A stretch of 64,000 bases of DNA from Escherichia coli (GTDB taxonomy: Bacteria; Pseudomonadota; Gammaproteobacteria; Enterobacterales; Enterobacteriaceae). Where the stretch lies: NCBI RefSeq assembly GCF_013122565.1, contig NZ_CP053258.1. One strand, given 5' to 3'. Within the stretch, counting starts at the first letter, position 1. Each line of letters begins with the position of its first letter. Both the position numbers and the translations under genes were made by a program. A model generated the notes under the pieces. That model searched no databases. It worked only from the letters and a program-made list of their open reading frames with translations, and was not told where the DNA came from. Shown one piece after another: positions 11,277 through 21,765 of the stretch.

Positions 11277-12770
11277 TCAGTCTTTCAATGGACGTAATTC
11301 ATTGTTGTAACTGGTGTAACTGCCTTCAACGGTAAGTAGATTGCCGTTTTCATCAAGATGCGCCGCATTGAGTTGTCGAGTTTCATTACGCCGCTTCGCA
11401 TCACGAACCAGCCCATCGCCTACGTAATAAATATAGTGGTCATCATGAGCAAAGGTATCTGATAATTGACCATTGGCGTATTTAAACCACGTCCATTGGC
11501 CTTTAAGCTCAAATTTCTCAACCGTGTCTTTATCAATAAAATACGTATAGCGATCGTCATGTGCCAAATAATTTAATGTTGTGCCATCGGGGCTTTTATA
11601 CCACTGCCATTGCCCATTGATATCAAAAATAGTCACATCATCCCTTGCAAGGAAATAAACTTTATTCCCTACAACATTAGCACCTTCCTGTAATTCTTGT
11701 TGCGGGTCTGGTAAATGAATGACCGAAAGCGTTTTTTCGACCGCAGAAATATACTTCACCAGATAGAGCGAATCTTTATATTGCGCCACATTCTTCGTCA
11801 GCGGGCGAAAATATTCCGGATCAACATCAGGAATGGTCGCAACCCGGCAGTCATTGGCACGCCAGGAAGCATCACGCGTCATCCAGGTTACTTTATCCCG
11901 CTGTAGGTCAAATGTATTCCGGCAATCTTTACCGAACGAATAACGTTTCTCCCCGTCCTTATCGCGATAAATCAGCAGGGAACCGGCTATCCAGCGCACA
12001 ATATGAAAGGTGTCCGGATCGGCGTCGATGGCATCTCCGTTCACAAAGACCTGCGATTTTGTCCGCCAGATTGTATCCCAGGGTGCGGGATGCCCCCAAC
12101 TTTCACAACTGTTTGGCAAATAAAGAATATTCCGTTGGGCCCAGGGTTTAATATCAAGAATAGAATATCCTTGGGTACTACCCAACCAGCGTCCCTGAAA
12201 GTAAAGATTGCGACGATCTTTCAGCACATCCGCGGAATCAACTGAATTCATCCTCCCCCCCACCTGTTGCAGCGAATCCATATCGACCTGCTTTTCGCCG
12301 TGATTATCATCCGTGCGTTCGCCGTCAAAATAGAGGCTGTCTTTATCGGCAGCAAAACGCCCCCATGCGCGGAATGTTGCGGCATCGACTTTCGGTGTTC
12401 CCGGCGGGTTCTGAACTATTTTCCCTGCCCATAAAATATGGCGACCATCGGTCAACCAGTCGAAACGCCAACTGCTGTTAGTTCTGATATTAGTGCCAGC
12501 ATCTACCTGAACAAAATCATTATTGATATCATCAGGAGAATCATATTTATCATCAGTGCCGTTGGGTACGCGGCGAAGTTGCTTAAACTTCACCTGCGAT
12601 AAATGAATATCCGGAAAATAGAGTCCGTAACCATCACTATCTTCAACGATATATTTTGTGCCTTGCCCCCACGGCTGGTAGTAAAACGCAGCATAAGGCA
12701 CACCAGAGCAAGCTATTGAAGCGGTTGAAAATAAAGCCAGTGCGAGACAAACAGGTTTAATTGGCAACAT
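11277..12770 (-). CDS. Secreted repeat protein, paralogue A (DKNYY-like repeats), function unknown
   Basis: 497 aa; N-terminal signal peptide MLPIKPVCLALALFSTASIACSG; repeated D-K-x-x-LYF/DA-x-TF blocks; ATG with AGGA RBS. Confidence 0.8.
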   Translation of the reverse strand: MLPIKPVCLALALFSTASIACSGVPYAAFYYQPWGQGTKYIVEDSDGYGLYFPDIHLSQVKFKQLRRVPNGTDDKYDSPDDINNDFVQVDAGTNIRTNSSWRFDWLTDGRHILWAGKIVQNPPGTPKVDAATFRAWGRFAADKDSLYFDGERTDDNHGEKQVDMDSLQQVGGRMNSVDSADVLKDRRNLYFQGRWLGSTQGYSILDIKPWAQRNILYLPNSCESWGHPAPWDTIWRTKSQVFVNGDAIDADPDTFHIVRWIAGSLLIYRDKDGEKRYSFGKDCRNTFDLQRDKVTWMTRDASWRANDCRVATIPDVDPEYFRPLTKNVAQYKDSLYLVKYISAVEKTLSVIHLPDPQQELQEGANVVGNKVYFLARDDVTIFDINGQWQWYKSPDGTTLNYLAHDDRYTYFIDKDTVEKFELKGQWTWFKYANGQLSDTFAHDDHYIYYVGDGLVRDAKRRNETRQLNAAHLDENGNLLTVEGSYTSYNNELRPLKD

Positions 12771-12802
12771 AGCGTCATCCTGAAGCTGTTAGCGTGAAGA
12801 GG

Positions 12803-13960
12803 TTATTTAAATAAGGGTTTAAGACCGCTCGGGGGTTGCTTCACCGATGACCAACCTCCCTTACCTAAGTTATAACGCAGCCATTTACCTTGTTGGACGT
12901 GCTCTTTCCCAACTCCAGTCGCTTGTTGAGTGTAAAGCTGCCCGTCTGTTGATATAAACGTGTTAGTTAATCCCCAACTACCACCTGCTTCAAGTGAGTC
13001 GGTGAGATCCTCTGGCTTGAGATTAATCAACTCCCCTTCGCCCAGGGCGTTGGTTGTGACTTTATAAATTTGGTTCTTATATAAACCGGTATTGCGAACA
13101 AACAGATAAAAATATTCCGGATCAACTCGCGGCAGCGTTTCATAAATACACTCACTGCCCGCTGGAGTGGCTTCATGTTTGAGCCAGGACACGTTATTCA
13201 GACCAATATTAAAAGGTGCACAGCGATAGCTGGTATCCTCCAGCTCATAGTCACGCTCACCGCTTTTATCGCGATAAACTAAGCGTTCGCCAGGCATCCA
13301 GCGGATTATCTGAAAGGTTTTACGATCGGCGGGCAGCGGCTTGCCATTAACAATCACCTGCGAATTTGTCAGCACAACAAATTGCAGGGCGGAATCATGC
13401 CGCACGATTTGAAACCCGTCAGCGCTTCCCAACCAGTGCCCCTTATGCCAAAGACTATTTTTATCACGCAGTAAATTCCAGATGTCCGTCTCTTCAAGCG
13501 TTGACATATCCACCTGCTTATCACCGCTATTATCATCGGTACGCTGACCGTCAAAATAGATACTGCGTTTATCAGCAGCGAAAGCGCCGAATGCCTGAAA
13601 ACTGGCAGCGTCGACTTTAGGTTTACCGGGGGGGTTTTTCAGGACTTTGCCAGACCAAAGGACAGAGCGTCCATCAGTGAGCCAGGCATGCTGGCAATCC
13701 CCCTCGTCATCACAATCGAACTTATCGGGATTAAAATCTGACAGTAACCGGCAATCTTGTTTATTGGTTAAATTGGCAATGCGCCAGAGGCGGGAAAAGT
13801 TAACGTCCAGCAGTTCGGAGAGGATCTCATCTTTTTGCCCCTTCTCTTCGGCAACGTAAACCGTGCCTTTCTCCTGCTGGCGGTAATAAAAATCCGCGCC
13901 CCAGGAAGGTGAAATGGAGAGCGGTAATGCGGTGATTAATAACCAACTTCGCGTAACCAT
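12803..13960 (-). CDS. Secreted repeat protein, paralogue B (DKNYY-like repeats), function unknown
   Basis: Signal peptide MVTRSWLLITALPLSISPSWGA; block WLTDGRSVLWSGKVLKNPPGKPKVDAASF...DKRSIYFDGQRTDDNSGDKQVDM nearly identical to paralogue A; start placed at ATG 13960 (track ORF starts at TTG 13984). Confidence 0.75.
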   Translation of the reverse strand: MVTRSWLLITALPLSISPSWGADFYYRQQEKGTVYVAEEKGQKDEILSELLDVNFSRLWRIANLTNKQDCRLLSDFNPDKFDCDDEGDCQHAWLTDGRSVLWSGKVLKNPPGKPKVDAASFQAFGAFAADKRSIYFDGQRTDDNSGDKQVDMSTLEETDIWNLLRDKNSLWHKGHWLGSADGFQIVRHDSALQFVVLTNSQVIVNGKPLPADRKTFQIIRWMPGERLVYRDKSGERDYELEDTSYRCAPFNIGLNNVSWLKHEATPAGSECIYETLPRVDPEYFYLFVRNTGLYKNQIYKVTTNALGEGELINLKPEDLTDSLEAGGSWGLTNTFISTDGQLYTQQATGVGKEHVQQGKWLRYNLGKGGWSSVKQPPSGLKPLFK

Positions 13961-14079
13961 AGTGATCTCTGAAATGAGTGGCAAAGATCCACAGTAAGTC
14001 CGCGCCTGGGGGGATGTCGATGACGGTAAGTTTTTTTAGGAATGTATAAAGACAAAGGAGATTGCTGACAAAGTGAGCT

Positions 14080-14190
<111 letters not shown>

Positions 14191-14226
14191 TGCGCCTGAA
14201 AGACACCCGCAGGTGCCTTAGCGGCA

Positions 14227-15630
14227 TTACTTCGCCATGCGTTTTTTACCAATAAACAACCAGCCCAGCCCCAACGCGATAAACCACAGCGGGGTGACCA
14301 GCAGCGCCTGGCGGGTATCATCTTCCAGCGTCAGCAGCACGATCACAAACACAAAGAACGCCATGCATACCCAGCACATCAGCTTGCCGAGCGGCATCTT
14401 GTAGATCGACTTCTCATGCAGATGAGGACGCTGTTTGCGATACACCAGGTACGAGCAAAGGATAATCGTCCAGACGAACATAAACAGAATCGCGGAAACG
14501 GTTGTAATCATCGTGAACGCGCCAATCACGCTAGGATTCACATACAACATCACCACGCCGCCGAGCAGACAGATACACGAGAAGGTCAATCCTTTCGCGG
14601 GTACTGCGCGCTTAGAAAGTTTAGCGAACGCTTTCGGCGCAACACCTTCCTGCGCCAGACCAAACAGCATACGGCTGGTAGAGAAGACACCGCTGTTAGC
14701 GGAAGACGCCGCAGAGGTCAGCACCACAAAGTTGATCACGCTGGCAGCCGCAGGCAAACCTACCAACACAAACAGTTCAACAAACGGGCTTTTCTCCGGG
14801 ACTACCGAACTCCACGGCGTCACGGACATAATCACAATCAGCGCGAAGACGTAGAACATAATGATACGGATCGGAATGGAGTTAATCGCGCGTGGCAGTG
14901 ATTTCTCTGGATCTTTGGTTTCCGCAGCTGTTGTACCTACCAGCTCAATCCCCACGAAAGCGAAAACCGCTATCTGGAATCCGGCAAAGAAGCCACTTAA
15001 ACCTTTCGGGAACCAGCCGCCGTCATTCCACAAATGCGCGAATGACGCTTCCACACCAGTCGGTGACTGAAAGTGCATCGCCACCATGACCAGGCCGACG
15101 ACAATCAGCGACACAATGGCGACGATTTTGATCATCGCAAACCAGAACTCCATCTCACCGAACATTTTCACGGTGGCGAGGTTAAGCGTCAGCAGCAGCA
15201 CTATCACCGCCAGCGAGGCGACCCAGTCGGAGAGATCGGGGAACCAGAACTGAGCATAAGCCGTGATCGCCACCACGTCTGCCATACCGGTTACAACCCA
15301 GCAGAACCAGTAAGTCCAGCCGGTGAAATATCCTGCCCACGGCCCGAGTAAATCGGAAGCGAAGTCACTAAAAGATTTGTATTCCAGATTCGAAAGCAGC
15401 AATTCCCCCATTGCCCGCATCACGAAAAAGAGCATAAAACCAATGATCATATAAACGAAAATGATCGACGGCCCGGCAAGGCTAATCGTTTTGCCAGACC
15501 CCATAAACAACCCCGTACCAATGGCACCGCCAATGGCAATAAGCTGAATATGTCGGTTTGTGAGATTGCGCCGTAGCGACTGTTCAGCCGGAGCCTGATC
15601 ATCGGCAACGACTTTTACCTGATCTACCAT
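14227..15630 (-). CDS. cycA: D-serine/D-alanine/glycine transporter CycA (APC family)
   Basis: 467 aa ORF MVDQVKVVADDQAPAEQSLRRNLTNRHIQLIAIGGAIGTGLFMGSGK... Confidence 0.93.
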   Translation of the reverse strand: MVDQVKVVADDQAPAEQSLRRNLTNRHIQLIAIGGAIGTGLFMGSGKTISLAGPSIIFVYMIIGFMLFFVMRAMGELLLSNLEYKSFSDFASDLLGPWAGYFTGWTYWFCWVVTGMADVVAITAYAQFWFPDLSDWVASLAVIVLLLTLNLATVKMFGEMEFWFAMIKIVAIVSLIVVGLVMVAMHFQSPTGVEASFAHLWNDGGWFPKGLSGFFAGFQIAVFAFVGIELVGTTAAETKDPEKSLPRAINSIPIRIIMFYVFALIVIMSVTPWSSVVPEKSPFVELFVLVGLPAAASVINFVVLTSAASSANSGVFSTSRMLFGLAQEGVAPKAFAKLSKRAVPAKGLTFSCICLLGGVVMLYVNPSVIGAFTMITTVSAILFMFVWTIILCSYLVYRKQRPHLHEKSIYKMPLGKLMCWVCMAFFVFVIVLLTLEDDTRQALLVTPLWFIALGLGWLFIGKKRMAK

Positions 15631-15938
15631 GTTTTTTTCTTCCTGTACCTGTCTGTGTTGTTCAGGCTCTACGGCCTTTAGTCAGTCTATGATACGACGA
15701 ATCTGTATCGGGACTCATCGATATTAGGTAACAATACGCGGGATGAATACTAAGATTTAGATCTAATGTTAATTTTATGTTTAAAGTGAGTGTCATATCA
15801 CGGTGATAACGCGAAACAGCTCACAAAAATACACGCTTACGGGGTCTTTGCAACACAAAATAGCGCCGTTTGGCAAACTGAAGGGTTTATTGCTGAATGC
15901 CTGCTCCCCTCTGGTTCGAGGGGAACAGAATGCGCTGC

Positions 15939-16559
15939 TTAGAGGATTTCCAGCAGTTCGACTTCAAACACCAGGGTGCTGAACGGAGGGATGGATGCGC
16001 CTGCACCGCGCTCGCCATATGCCAGTTCCTGCGGGATAGTCAGTTCCCATTTAGAACCTACCGGCATCAGAGTCAGTGCTTCAATCCAGCCAGGGATCAC
16101 GCCATTAACCGGAAATTCAGCGGGTTCACCACGAGCAACGGAGCTGTCAAACACGGTGCCGTCGATCAGTTTACCGGTGTAATGAACACGAACGCGGTCG
16201 GTACGTGCCGGAATTGCGCCTTCACCCTGGTTGATCACGCGGAATTGCAGGCCAGATTCGGTGCTATTCACACCTTCTTTTTTGGCGTTTTCTTCCAGGT
16301 ATTTCACACCTTCAGCAGCCATCGCCTGGAAACGCTGACGACGAACGGCATCGGCGCGCTCGTGGATTTCACGCAGCGCGCGATGCACCACATCAACCGG
16401 AACAGCCGGATGTTTGCCTTCCAGCGCATCGGCAATACCTGCAACCAGTGCTTCTGGCAGCAGCCCTTCCAGGCCAGATTCACTCAGTTGTTGCCCTACC
16501 TGCAAACCAATGCCGTAGCTTGCTTGCGCTTCGATGGTGTCAAAAGTTGGGGTGGTCAT
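15939..16559 (-). CDS. fklB: FKBP-type peptidyl-prolyl cis-trans isomerase FklB
   Basis: 206 aa from [25 protein letters not shown]; FKBP C-terminal domain. Confidence 0.92.
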
Positions 16560-16777
16560 CGTATTTCCTTTCTTAGGGTATAAAAGTAGCGGGCAGCATA
16601 TCAGCCACACTTCTTTGGGTAAAACTTTGTCGCAGGAATGATGACAAATCCCGGGGAAAAAGAAACAATAGCAATATCCCGTATGAATATAATAAAGGCG
16701 GGTTTACCACGGACATCATAGCGTTAGCTTATTCATAGGCTATGATTGAGGAACAAGACGCGGAGCAGGAGGAAACC

Positions 16778-17416
16778 ATGCCCGGGCGCTTTGAACTAAA
16801 ACCAACCCTGGAGAAAGTCTGGCACGCGCCGGACAATTTTCGCTTCATGGACCCGCTGCCGCCGATGCATCGTCGGGGGATCATTATTGCCGCCATTGTA
16901 TTGGTGGTCGGATTTCTGCTTCCATCTGATGATACGCCCAACGCGCCGGTGGTGACGCGTGAAGCGCAGTTAGATATTCAGTCGCAATCACAACCGCCGA
17001 CAGAAGAACAGCTGCGGGCGCAATTAGTCACACCACAAAATGATCCTGATCAGGTGGCTCCGGTCGCTCCAGAACCTATACAGGAAGGCCAGCCAGAAGA
17101 ACAGCCGCAAACTACCCAAACGCAACCATTCCAGCCAGATAGCGGAATTGATAATCAATGGCGCTCTTACCGTGTCGAACCCGGTAAAACGATGGCGCAG
17201 CTGTTCCGCGACCACGGACTGCCCGCTACCGATGTCTATGCAATGGCGCAGGTAGAAGGCGCGGGTAAGCCGCTGAGTAATTTGCAAAACGGGCAGATGG
17301 TGAAAATCCGCCAGAACGCCAGCGGCGTGGTGACGGGCTTAACCATTGATACGGGGAATAATCAACAGGTCCTGTTTACCCGTCAGCCGGATGGCAGTTT
17401 TATTCGCGCGCGGTAG
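16778..17416 (+). CDS. ytfB: Cell-division-associated OapA/LysM-domain protein YtfB
   Basis: 212 aa from MPGRFELKPTLEKVW (GGAGCAGGAGG RBS); proline/glutamine-rich linker; synteny after fklB. Confidence 0.88.
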   Translation: MPGRFELKPTLEKVWHAPDNFRFMDPLPPMHRRGIIIAAIVLVVGFLLPSDDTPNAPVVTREAQLDIQSQSQPPTEEQLRAQLVTPQNDPDQVAPVAPEPIQEGQPEEQPQTTQTQPFQPDSGIDNQWRSYRVEPGKTMAQLFRDHGLPATDVYAMAQVEGAGKPLSNLQNGQMVKIRQNASGVVTGLTIDTGNNQQVLFTRQPDGSFIRAR

Positions 17417-17428
17417 ATGAATCAACAT

Positions 17429-18064
17429 TCACATGCATGGGGTCACAAGGAGCCAGCTTAAAAGCGTCTCCTTGATAACCTTATGTCTGTTCTCCAAAGC
17501 CTCAGGAGATATCATACTGATGTGATAAACCAACCCTAAAGTATGTTGGTTAAGAATATAATATCCAGCAAGAGCGGCAAGGCTAATGTTTACCTGTAAT
17601 GGATCTATATCTTGCTTAAAGATATTTTGTTTTTTTCCTTCATCAAGCAACCTTTCCATAATCTCTAAATGCGAGTGGTTAATTTCGGGCAAACGAGTTG
17701 ATTTCTTGTAGTGCTCCCCTCGACTTTGGTTTTCGGAATGAATTATCTTTAAAAACCAAGGATTCTTCACATAATAATCCCACGTAAAATCAATAAATTT
17801 TTCAATGGATTGCAATGGGTTTAGTCCAGTAAAGTCCAGATCTCTTTCTTTTTGCCGGATGTCATTACACGTATATTCAAGGACTTCAATAAACAAATTC
17901 TCTTTATTACCAAAATGATGATAAACAGTCTGCTTACTACAACCGGCTGCTTTAACAATATTATCGACCCTGGCACCTTCATAGCCATACTCTGCAAATT
18001 CATTGATAGCGCACAGTAATAATTTTTCTTTCAAAATTTGCACTTTACTAGTATCAAAATACAT
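17429..18064 (-). CDS. TetR/AcrR-family transcriptional regulator
   Basis: N-terminal TetR HTH ([28 protein letters not shown]); AT-rich; start placed at ATG 18064 with GAGGG RBS (track ORF begins at GTG 18070). Confidence 0.85.
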   Translation of the reverse strand: MYFDTSKVQILKEKLLLCAINEFAEYGYEGARVDNIVKAAGCSKQTVYHHFGNKENLFIEVLEYTCNDIRQKERDLDFTGLNPLQSIEKFIDFTWDYYVKNPWFLKIIHSENQSRGEHYKKSTRLPEINHSHLEIMERLLDEGKKQNIFKQDIDPLQVNISLAALAGYYILNQHTLGLVYHISMISPEALENRHKVIKETLLSWLLVTPCM

Positions 18065-18430
18065 CTTCACCCCTCACACTAATCTTGCCAACCTATTATA
18101 TACTCTTTTACCGCGTGACCACGCACATTTTTCATACAAAAATCATCATTATCTTACAGAGCATTAAACCTACTTACATTGTTTCGTTACTGTGAAACAG
18201 ACAGAAAATTTTTCCTTGATGCATATTTGTTAAAAATGGAATATGGCTTTAATTAATTATATTCATATAATGAATATTTAACTATAAATAATTAATTCCA
18301 TTTATTTTCAAAGAGTTATAATTTTAAATATGATCTCCCTCACGAATCAACCAACTAGATGGTTGGTTCAAATAAAATCTATAGGCATCTTTGTCTCCAT
18401 GATGAATCCTGTATTTAAAGAGGTCCAAAA

Positions 18431-19222
18431 ATGAAATCAAAAAAACCCGTTGCTATTATTACCGGTGCTGCCCGTGGTATCGGTAAAGGTTGTGCTATTG
18501 AACTAGCTCGCGCTGGATTTAATCTTCTAATAAATGATCGACCAGATAAAGACAGCATCGAAAAACTTAAAGCAACTCAAAAACTATGTATCGCTGAAGG
18601 TGTTGAAGTCATAACGTTTCCAGCCAACATTGGCGATTTAACGTTACATGAAAAGATGCTCGACGCGGCGCAAAATCAGTGGGAGCGTTTGGACTGCCTG
18701 CTCAATAACGCCGGAATTTCGGTGAAAAAGCGTGGTGATATTCTCGACCTGGAGCCAGACAGTTTCGACGATAACATTGCCATCAATACCCGCGCACCTT
18801 TCTTCCTCGCCCAGGCTTTCAGCAAGCGCCTGTTGGCGCAACCCAAACCAGAAGCTGAACTACCGCATCGCTCAATTATTTTTGTCAGCTCAATTAACGC
18901 CATCATGCTGGCGATGAATCGAGGTGAGTACACCATTGCCAAAACAGCTGTATCTGCCGCTGCCCGCCTGTTTGCCGCACGTCTTTGTGAAGAGCAAATT
19001 GGCGTTTATGAAATCCGCCCAGGTTTAATCAAAACCGATATGACTATTCCAGCAACAGCTTATTACGACGAACTGATCGCTAAGGGGTTAGTGCCATGGG
19101 GTCGTTGGGGTTTTCCACAGGACATCGCCTCCACTGTCCGTGCAATGGCGGAAGGCAAACTGATTTACACCTGTGGTCAGGCGGTCGCCATCGACGGCGG
19201 CTTAAGTATGCCACGCTTCTGA
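18431..19222 (+). CDS. Short-chain dehydrogenase/reductase (SDR) family oxidoreductase
   Basis: TGAARGIGKG nucleotide-binding motif, NNAG, catalytic Y-x3-K (YTIAK). Confidence 0.88.
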   Translation: MKSKKPVAIITGAARGIGKGCAIELARAGFNLLINDRPDKDSIEKLKATQKLCIAEGVEVITFPANIGDLTLHEKMLDAAQNQWERLDCLLNNAGISVKKRGDILDLEPDSFDDNIAINTRAPFFLAQAFSKRLLAQPKPEAELPHRSIIFVSSINAIMLAMNRGEYTIAKTAVSAAARLFAARLCEEQIGVYEIRPGLIKTDMTIPATAYYDELIAKGLVPWGRWGFPQDIASTVRAMAEGKLIYTCGQAVAIDGGLSMPRF

Positions 19223-19231
19223 GGCTGAACC

Positions 19232-20074
19232 ATGAGAGATCTGTTACATCGCCCGGATTTATTCAGCATCAATACCGCGACGCTGGGCTATAAAATGCCT
19301 CTGCCCGCCCTTATTGATGCTTGTGCCGCACGCGGCATCGGTGCGATTGCCCCCTGGCGCAGAGAGTTGCAGAGCGAAGATCTTCAGCAAATCGTCCGCC
19401 AGCTTGCCGCCAATAACATGAGCGTTTCTGGTTTATGCCGTAGCACCTACTACACCGCGCCGACGCTGGCAGAGCGCAAGCTGGCGATTGATGATAACCG
19501 CCGGGCGCTGGACGACGCAGCGATGCTGAACGCCGCCTGTTATATGCAGGTGGTTGGCGGTCTGCCAACGGGCACTAAAGATCTGTATGAAGCGCGGGAG
19601 CAAGTGAAAGAAGGGGTTCGCCAGTTGCTGTCACATTCGAAAGATGTCGGCGTGCCGATTGCACTGGAGCCACTGCACCCGATGACTGCTGCCGATCGCT
19701 CTTGCCTCTGCTCGCTACGTCAGGCGCTGGACTGGTGTGATGAACTCGATCCCGATGGTGAGTTTGGCCTCGGCGTGGCGGTCGATGTCTACCACGTCTG
19801 GTGGGATCCGGATCTCACCAGTCAGATCCTGCGCGCTGGAAAACGGATCCTCGCGTTTCATGTTTCCGACTGGCTGGTGCCGACGACCGATCTGGTCAAT
19901 GATCGGGGAATGCCGGGAGATGGCGTCATCAATATTCCGTCAATTCGTCGGCTGGTTGAAAACGCCGGATTTAATGGTTCTATCGAATTAGAAATATTTT
20001 CTTCATTCTGGTGGGAAAAGAATATCAACCAAATACTGGATAAAAGTATTAACGGACTTTCTTATTATTGTTAA
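19232..20074 (+). CDS. Sugar phosphate isomerase/epimerase-like TIM-barrel protein (xylose isomerase-like fold)
   Basis: 280 aa; family assignment by overall pattern only; 9 bp after SDR stop. Confidence 0.6.
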   Translation: MRDLLHRPDLFSINTATLGYKMPLPALIDACAARGIGAIAPWRRELQSEDLQQIVRQLAANNMSVSGLCRSTYYTAPTLAERKLAIDDNRRALDDAAMLNAACYMQVVGGLPTGTKDLYEAREQVKEGVRQLLSHSKDVGVPIALEPLHPMTAADRSCLCSLRQALDWCDELDPDGEFGLGVAVDVYHVWWDPDLTSQILRAGKRILAFHVSDWLVPTTDLVNDRGMPGDGVINIPSIRRLVENAGFNGSIELEIFSSFWWEKNINQILDKSINGLSYYC

Positions 20075-20223
20075 ACATCACACTATATTTTTCTCTCGAA
20101 ATTAGTTGATTGTTTAAATTTGCATGTTTTAGAAAGTTATGAGTGAAGTAATAAATCAATAAATTAAATATCTTACAGAGCATTGCGAGTGTTAGGTATT
20201 TATAATCAAATAGGGATTGGCAT

Positions 20224-21765
20224 ATGAGCAAGATTAATACTGCAGAAATACTGGTCGCAGGTATTAAAGATGGCGCAACAATCGCCATTAGCGGTAATGG
20301 CGGTGGAATGGTTGAAGCCGATCATCTACTACAAGCTCTGGAAACACGGTTTCTGGAAACCGGGCATCCATGTAACCTTACGCTTATACACTCATTAGGT
20401 GTAGGAGACCGTGAACACAAAGGCAGTAACCGTTTTGCTCATAAAGGAATGTTAAAGCGTGTTATTGCAGGACATTTCACATGGTCACCAAGAATGCAGG
20501 CTCTGGTTAAGAATAATGAGGTCGAGGCTTATTGCTTTCCTAGCGGAGTTATTCAGACATTATTACGTGAAATAGGCGCTGGACGTCCAGGACTGTTCAC
20601 CCATGTCGGGGTAGGAACTTTTATTGATCCGCGTAATGGAGGAGGGAAATCTAATTCACGAACGACAGAGGATCTGGTAGAGCTAATTGAAATTGATGGA
20701 GAAACAAAGCTACGCTATCGCCCATTTAAAGTTGATTACGCAATTGTGCGCGGTACTTATGCGGATTCACGCGGTAATATTAGCCTGGAAGAAGAAGCCG
20801 TCGATCTGGATTGCAATTCTATAGCTCTAGCTGCCCATAATAGCGGTGGTAAAGTCTTTGTGCAGGTACGTGACATTCTTGAAACAGGTGCGATTGAACC
20901 CAGACGAGTAAAAATACCCGGAATCTTAGTCGATGGCGTCGTGGAATATAGAGATCAACAACAAACATATCTTGGTGGTTACGATCTTACTATCAGCGGC
21001 CAGCATCGTCGTCTTTGTTCTCAAAACTCTATTGAACTGGTTTCAAACCCAATACGTCGATTAATTGCACGCCGTGCAGCACGCGAGTTAGTTGCTGGCG
21101 CATCCACAAACTTTGGCTTTGGCATGCCAGGAGGGATCCCAGGTATTGCTCTGCGTGAAGGAGTCCCTTTTGATACCCTTTGGCTCAGCGTGGAACAAGG
21201 TGTGCATAATGGCATGATGCTGGATGATGCTCTGTTTGGCTGTGCTCGCAATGCTGATGCGATAATTCCTTCTCTTGAGCAGTTTGATTTTTATAGTGGT
21301 GGTGGTGCCGATATAACTTTTCTCGGTATGGGGGAAATGGATCAGTATGGAAACGTGAATGTTTCCCATCTCAACAATAACCTTATCGGACCAGGCGGTT
21401 TTATCGAAATTGCACAGAATGCCCATAAAGTGGTGTTCTGCGGCACGTTTGATGCCAAGGGTAGCAAAATAAACGTCACAAATGCGGGCCTGGAAATCAT
21501 TCAATCCGGCCAGGTAGCAAAACTTGTTTCACAAGTAGAAGAGATAACTTTCAGCGGAGAATATGCGCAACAACGTAAACAGGATGTGTTGTACATTACC
21601 GAGCGCGCTGTATTCCAGTTAACGCCACAGGGTGTGGAACTAATTGAGGTTGCCCCTGGCGTGGACATTGACCACGACATTCTGCCGTATATGGCCTTCC
21701 GTCCAATTATCAAGCACCCACGCCTGATGGAAAGTAGTCTGTTTACGCCGATGGAGGATGCATGA
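20224..21765 (+). CDS. Acyl-CoA:acetate/3-ketoacid CoA-transferase, fused alpha-beta (YdiF-like, family I)
   Basis: 513 aa; clear colinear similarity to E. coli YdiF as recalled (GHFTWSPR, GVGTFIDPRNGGGK, FDFYSGGGADITFLGMGEMDQYGNVNVS, ITERAVF). Confidence 0.85.
   Translation: MSKINTAEILVAGIKDGATIAISGNGGGMVEADHLLQALETRFLETGHPCNLTLIHSLGVGDREHKGSNRFAHKGMLKRVIAGHFTWSPRMQALVKNNEVEAYCFPSGVIQTLLREIGAGRPGLFTHVGVGTFIDPRNGGGKSNSRTTEDLVELIEIDGETKLRYRPFKVDYAIVRGTYADSRGNISLEEEAVDLDCNSIALAAHNSGGKVFVQVRDILETGAIEPRRVKIPGILVDGVVEYRDQQQTYLGGYDLTISGQHRRLCSQNSIELVSNPIRRLIARRAARELVAGASTNFGFGMPGGIPGIALREGVPFDTLWLSVEQGVHNGMMLDDALFGCARNADAIIPSLEQFDFYSGGGADITFLGMGEMDQYGNVNVSHLNNNLIGPGGFIEIAQNAHKVVFCGTFDAKGSKINVTNAGLEIIQSGQVAKLVSQVEEITFSGEYAQQRKQDVLYITERAVFQLTPQGVELIEVAPGVDIDHDILPYMAFRPIIKHPRLMESSLFTPMEDA

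Noticed and set aside
14416-15351. His/Arg-rich plus-strand ORFs (161 aa, 139 aa, 92 aa)
   Set aside because: Antisense to cycA; composition reflects reverse reading of a membrane-protein gene.
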